This document shows positions 60,390 through 64,000 of a stretch of 64,000 bases of DNA, one piece after another. How positions within the stretch are numbered: position 1 is the stretch's first letter; every line of letters begins with the position of its first letter. The notes below the pieces were generated by a model. That model was not told the DNA's origin. It saw only the letters and a list, made by a program, of their open reading frames with translations, and made no database searches. This DNA is from Myxococcales bacterium UBA4248 (lineage in GTDB: Bacteria; Myxococcota_A; Bradymonadia; UBA4248): the NCBI GenBank assembly GCA_002395385.1, contig DGWW01000147.1, positions 1,214 through 65,213 on the forward strand, given 5' to 3'. Both the position numbers and the translations under genes were made by a program.

Positions 60390-61223
60390 TTAAACCACAG
60401 ACCGACAGATACTATGGCAGAATTCCGACCAGTCTTCAACAAGTTTTGAGGGAAAAAGTCGCGGATCTGTGCCGGATAACAGTTCCGGATGGTTCCAGAC
60501 AGCATTTTGAGCTTCGAAATAAGTCTCGGGAGTCCCGATATCGGCAAAGAAAGCATCGGTCATGCATGCGTTGATTGGGCGATTTTGCTCAAGCATGCGA
60601 CGATAGATTTCAGTGACGAGACAGATATTTTTGCCGAGTTCGAGTGTTTCGAGGAGGCGATGTTCGATGATGTGAATGCCTGTAAAACAGGCCGGCACTG
60701 GCAATTGGGAAACATCGTAATCCGCCCGGAACCAATCGCGAATCTGGACGATATGATGATTCGAATCGAGGCCAATCATACCGAGTTTTGAGTTCTGGGG
60801 TCGGGGCGCGACGACGAGTGTCACATCACATCCCGACGAATCATGCGACTTTAATGCCGCCCGAAGATCGGCATTACACAAGACATCGCCATGATAAATG
60901 ATATAGCGATCGGCATCGGGAATGAGCGAAAGACACGATCGTGCCCCGCCCCCCGTACCTAGAATTTCACCGTTTTCCCTAAAGATATGCACTTCGGGGA
61001 GCCCAAGATTCTGAGCACATTTTTGCAGGCAATCGGCCATGATGTCGGGCAGGTGATGCACATTGGCAGCAAGCGTCGCAACGCCGGTCTGTTTAAGTGC
61101 GTACATGGCATACCACGCCATCGGCCGCCCCAAAAAAGGAACTGCCGGTTTTGGGATTTTGTCGGTCAAAGGTTTGAGTCTCGTTCCAAAACCCGCAGAC
61201 AGGAGAATGCCATACGTCTTCAT
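60390..61223 (-). CDS. sugar-1-phosphate nucleotidyltransferase (MurU/GlmU-N-like NTP_transferase)
   Basis: N-terminal LSAGFGTRLKPLTDKIPKPAVPF signature. Confidence 0.8.
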   Translation of the reverse strand: MKTYGILLSAGFGTRLKPLTDKIPKPAVPFLGRPMAWYAMYALKQTGVATLAANVHHLPDIMADCLQKCAQNLGLPEVHIFRENGEILGTGGGARSCLSLIPDADRYIIYHGDVLCNADLRAALKSHDSSGCDVTLVVAPRPQNSKLGMIGLDSNHHIVQIRDWFRADYDVSQLPVPACFTGIHIIEHRLLETLELGKNICLVTEIYRRMLEQNRPINACMTDAFFADIGTPETYFEAQNAVWNHPELLSGTDPRLFPSKLVEDWSEFCHSICRSVV

Positions 61224-61231
61224 CGTGCTGT

Positions 61232-62866
61232 TTAGACCTTTACGAACATGAGGGTGATGTCATCATTCTGAGGTGCAGAGCCGCAGAAGTTTACGAAATC
61301 ATTCCACAGGAAACTCATCGCTTCATTGACATCAGAATCGCCGCATTGCCCGATGATTCTGCGCAAACGTTTTTCGCCATATTCCACGCCATTTTCATTG
61401 GCATATTCCGTCAGACCGTCAGTAAAGAGGAAGAACATATCGCCTCTGGAAAGATTAATCTGAATCTTTTCATATCTGACAAATTCCTGATCGCCGAGAC
61501 GTTCCCCGCGGACGACCTGACTGCGTACTTCCCTGTTGTGGATGAGCAGCGGGAAATTGTGACCGGCATTGACGATTTCAGCAAAGCGTCCGTCAGGGCT
61601 AATGCGTATCGCTTGAAATGTCATAAAGAGGGTACGTTTTGCGGCCTGGTAAATCGATGCATTTAAGCTCGACATCAATTGTGTCAGTTCGATGGCGCCC
61701 CCCGAGATATTGAGCAATGTATCGAGTGCACTCTTGGCGCAGGCAGTGATCATGGCAGAGGGAACGCCATGTCCCGTCACATCACCGATGGTGAGCAGGA
61801 CCGAGCCGTCGGCGAGCTGATGATAACTCCAGAAGTCGCCCCCGCATTCGCTGGCCGGTTGGAAAAATCCTGTGAGCTGGACCGGGCCGCATTGCGCATA
61901 GCCCTGTGGCGGCATGAGCGTAGCCTGAATGTCACGGGCGATATCCACTTCCTTTTGGAGCATGGCTTTTTGCTCTGTTTCTGCCATCAATTCCTGGACG
62001 CGGTCAGCCATGACGTTGAACTGTTCACCGAGCTGCCCGATTTCGTCGCTCGATTTGATATCGGAACGAACCTGGAGGTCGCCCCCTGCAATCATATAGG
62101 TAACTTTTGATAGTTTCTTGATATTGCGCGTCACCAATACCGCCTGTATACCGGCGATGACAATTCCGACGATAACGGCGATTAATGCCAGCCAAATCGA
62201 ACGTTGAATGGCTTCTTCCTGTCTGACTTCCCCCTGGGCCCTCACCGAGTCTATCTCCTGCTTGAGCCCCTCGAGCGAGTAACCGACGATCAAAAAGCCC
62301 TGCAATTCGCCATTGCCTTCAATTTTCTGCATGTACTGCCGAATCATGAGGTCAGTTTCTTCACCGGACTTGGTGACGACTTTTTGCAAACCATCTGCGG
62401 TAACGGGCATGCGGCGATCGGCAATATTCTTTTTAAACCAGTTTTCATCGACAGATTCTATGGTCTGCTTTTCCTTACTGCGATCAAAGAATGGCTTATC
62501 CCCCAGTTCGAGCTGCGTATACTCACTATTGACCGTAGCCACCCATACTCTGGCATTGGCATCGATGATGGTCGCAAAGACAGCATAATAGCTGCTTTGC
62601 CCATTCTTATTTTCGACGACGGGATTCAGGAGGCTGGTCAGATCACTGATAGCATTGTCAAACATGAGGCTGGATGCCGGCAAGCTCGTATAATATGTCG
62701 TCTGAGCCCCCAAATGATCGAGCGCCTCATATTGGATTTGCGTAATTCTTCCTGTTTCGCGTTCGACAGACTGCTGTGTATCCGAAATCGTAAACCACGC
62801 ATATACGACGACGACAAGGATAACAATGAGAACCGCGCTGAACGTCCATTTAATACTAATACGCAT
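61232..62866 (-). CDS. membrane sensor with a HAMP domain and a C-terminal PP2C/SpoIIE-type Ser/Thr phosphatase
   Basis: N-terminal TM, periplasmic region, second TM, HAMP domain. PPM motifs GDVTGHGVPSA, FLFTDGLTE. Begins 9 bp after the upstream stop. Confidence 0.85.
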   Translation of the reverse strand: MRISIKWTFSAVLIVILVVVVYAWFTISDTQQSVERETGRITQIQYEALDHLGAQTTYYTSLPASSLMFDNAISDLTSLLNPVVENKNGQSSYYAVFATIIDANARVWVATVNSEYTQLELGDKPFFDRSKEKQTIESVDENWFKKNIADRRMPVTADGLQKVVTKSGEETDLMIRQYMQKIEGNGELQGFLIVGYSLEGLKQEIDSVRAQGEVRQEEAIQRSIWLALIAVIVGIVIAGIQAVLVTRNIKKLSKVTYMIAGGDLQVRSDIKSSDEIGQLGEQFNVMADRVQELMAETEQKAMLQKEVDIARDIQATLMPPQGYAQCGPVQLTGFFQPASECGGDFWSYHQLADGSVLLTIGDVTGHGVPSAMITACAKSALDTLLNISGGAIELTQLMSSLNASIYQAAKRTLFMTFQAIRISPDGRFAEIVNAGHNFPLLIHNREVRSQVVRGERLGDQEFVRYEKIQINLSRGDMFFLFTDGLTEYANENGVEYGEKRLRRIIGQCGDSDVNEAMSFLWNDFVNFCGSAPQNDDITLMFVKV

Positions 62867-63117
62867 AAACCACCCCTCCGTTAGACAGGCTATGGTGGGT
62901 AAATACTAACACGAGATGCAGTTGTTGCCTAATAAATTGGTTATTTTCCCGTAGAATGTCTATCTATAAAAACTTGAAGCCCAGATATTTCATGGTTATA
63001 TTAATGAATTATGCATACACAGGAAAGCGTTCTCAAAGCTCTCCCGTCGTATCGTCACATGGGATTTGCAATCTTATTGCATAGAATCCAAAGATTTTCC
63101 AACATGGAGGTAGTCAT

Positions 63118-63663
63118 ATGAAGCACTTACACCAAATCATGTCATTGTTGTTGGTTTTTCTTATTTCTGTTTATGCATACGGATGCGCCAATTCATCAAA
63201 AACTACCAGACATGCCGTTCCTCCAGTTGAGACGGCTCCCGCCTCTGCGGCTGCAGAAGCGAATGCAGCCAATGAACTTCGGGAAGTCGAGAATATCATG
63301 GCCCAACAGCAAAAGGAACGAGAGGCCAGACAAGAGAAAGCCAGTGAGCAGGAAGACACTGGGGTGACTTACATCCTGGATAAGGAAATCATACATGCAG
63401 CAGTTGCAGAAAACACAGAAGATCTAAGCAACTGCTATGCAAATGAACTGGAAAATACCAAAGGACTTAAGGGAACAATCACGGTCTCATGGAATGTCAT
63501 GGGGGATGGCAGGGTCTCGGACGCCAAAGTCACCGATACGACCATGAAGAATAAGAATGTCGAAAACTGCATCGTGGAATGTATCAGCAAATGGAGATTC
63601 CCGGCTACCGGAACAAAAGCATCTGTCGACTATCCATTTGAATTTGAATCATCCAAAAAATAG
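63118..63663 (+). CDS. lipoprotein with a TonB-C-like C-terminal domain, paralogous to the C-terminus of 706..2730
   Basis: GGAGG RBS. Lipobox VYAYGCAN. ..NKNVENCIVECISKWRFPATG..DYPFEFE is about 50% identical to the C-terminal 95 aa of the FHA protein. Confidence 0.75.
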   Translation: MKHLHQIMSLLLVFLISVYAYGCANSSKTTRHAVPPVETAPASAAAEANAANELREVENIMAQQQKEREARQEKASEQEDTGVTYILDKEIIHAAVAENTEDLSNCYANELENTKGLKGTITVSWNVMGDGRVSDAKVTDTTMKNKNVENCIVECISKWRFPATGTKASVDYPFEFESSKK

Positions 63664-63801
63664 GTTCTGTATAACGAGAGTGTGGATAAGCTCTGAGCTT
63701 AGAGCTTAGAGCTTAGAGTGATGAACCCCTTCTCCAAGCGCCAAGCCAGAATGGGGTTATTCGACAGTAAAAAACTCCACACTCGTTAAACCGGGCCAAG
63801 C

Positions 63802-63999
63802 CTAAAGTTTAATCGCATATCCCACAGCAGACTCTGTCGTCTGCCCTTCACAATTGGGATCCGCAGAAATGAAGTGTGACCCTGTACTTGGGACATAGCA
63901 GCGGTAAACAGCGGATGTACCAGGTTTTTGTGATTTATAGAGATATCCCATGGGCCCCATATTAAACTGACCTTCACAGTTTACATCCGGGGATATCAT
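63802..63999 (-). CDS. hypothetical Cys-repeat protein, possibly 5' partial at the window edge
   Basis: Internal repeat (S/A)DPNCEGQ appears twice. No RBS context is visible. Low support. Confidence 0.25.
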   Translation of the reverse strand: MISPDVNCEGQFNMGPMGYLYKSQKPGTSAVYRCYVPSTGSHFISADPNCEGQTTESAVGYAIKL

Positions 64000-64000
64000 G

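Overview
This 64 kb window appears to be chromosomal DNA from a Gram-negative bacterium of roughly 50% GC, probably a myxobacteria-like or predatory deltaproteobacterium. The signature is the gene content: three eukaryotic-type Ser/Thr kinases (two with extracellular PEGA domains), an FHA protein, a PP2C phosphatase, TPR proteins, TonB-C-like domains, and OmpA and vWA lipoproteins.

Gene content by region:
- 0.7-10.3 kb, mostly on the minus strand: an FHA/TM/TonB-C-like protein, a small secreted protein, a Pro-rich TM/PEGA protein, a TPR protein, tcdA and an OmpA lipoprotein. Inferred to be a gliding-motility (Glt/Agm)-like envelope cluster.
- 10.9-17.7 kb: a degenerate receiver, two paralogous Ser/Thr kinases with a non-canonical catalytic loop, and a tandem pair of paralogous membrane proteins.
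- 18.5-24.2 kb: yraN, a DnaA-box-rich AT-rich intergenic region, then an operon of an Eco57I/MmeI-like N6-adenine methyltransferase plus an SNF2 helicase. This is a candidate defence system of unusual composition.
- 24.4-35 kb: a SAM methyltransferase, psd, a vWA lipoprotein, tRNA-Ser(UGA), recD2 and slyD.
- 35.2-44.9 kb: a housekeeping block of dnaX, ybaB, rpmH, rnpA, yidD, yidC, jag/khpB, yciH and engB.
- 45-46.1 kb: an Rpn-family PD-(D/E)xK nuclease whose C-terminal tail is tandemly duplicated as a free-standing small ORF (RpnS-like).
- 46.5-64 kb: ssb, cdd, tRNA-Val(CAC), an S9 peptidase, a third Ser/Thr kinase, an ABC exporter with a degenerate ATPase site, a nucleotidyltransferase, a HAMP-PP2C phosphatase and a TonB-C-like lipoprotein.

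The non-coding DNA is unusually structured. There is a REP-like imperfect-palindrome family of at least 12 copies, a roughly 140 bp MITE-like palindromic element in 2 copies, a roughly 120 bp element in 2 copies next to kinase genes, a 45 bp dyad-symmetric promoter element in 3 copies, and AT-rich ATTGCGCATTGCGAATT-type motifs upstream of housekeeping genes. No CRISPR array, integrase or rRNA was seen.
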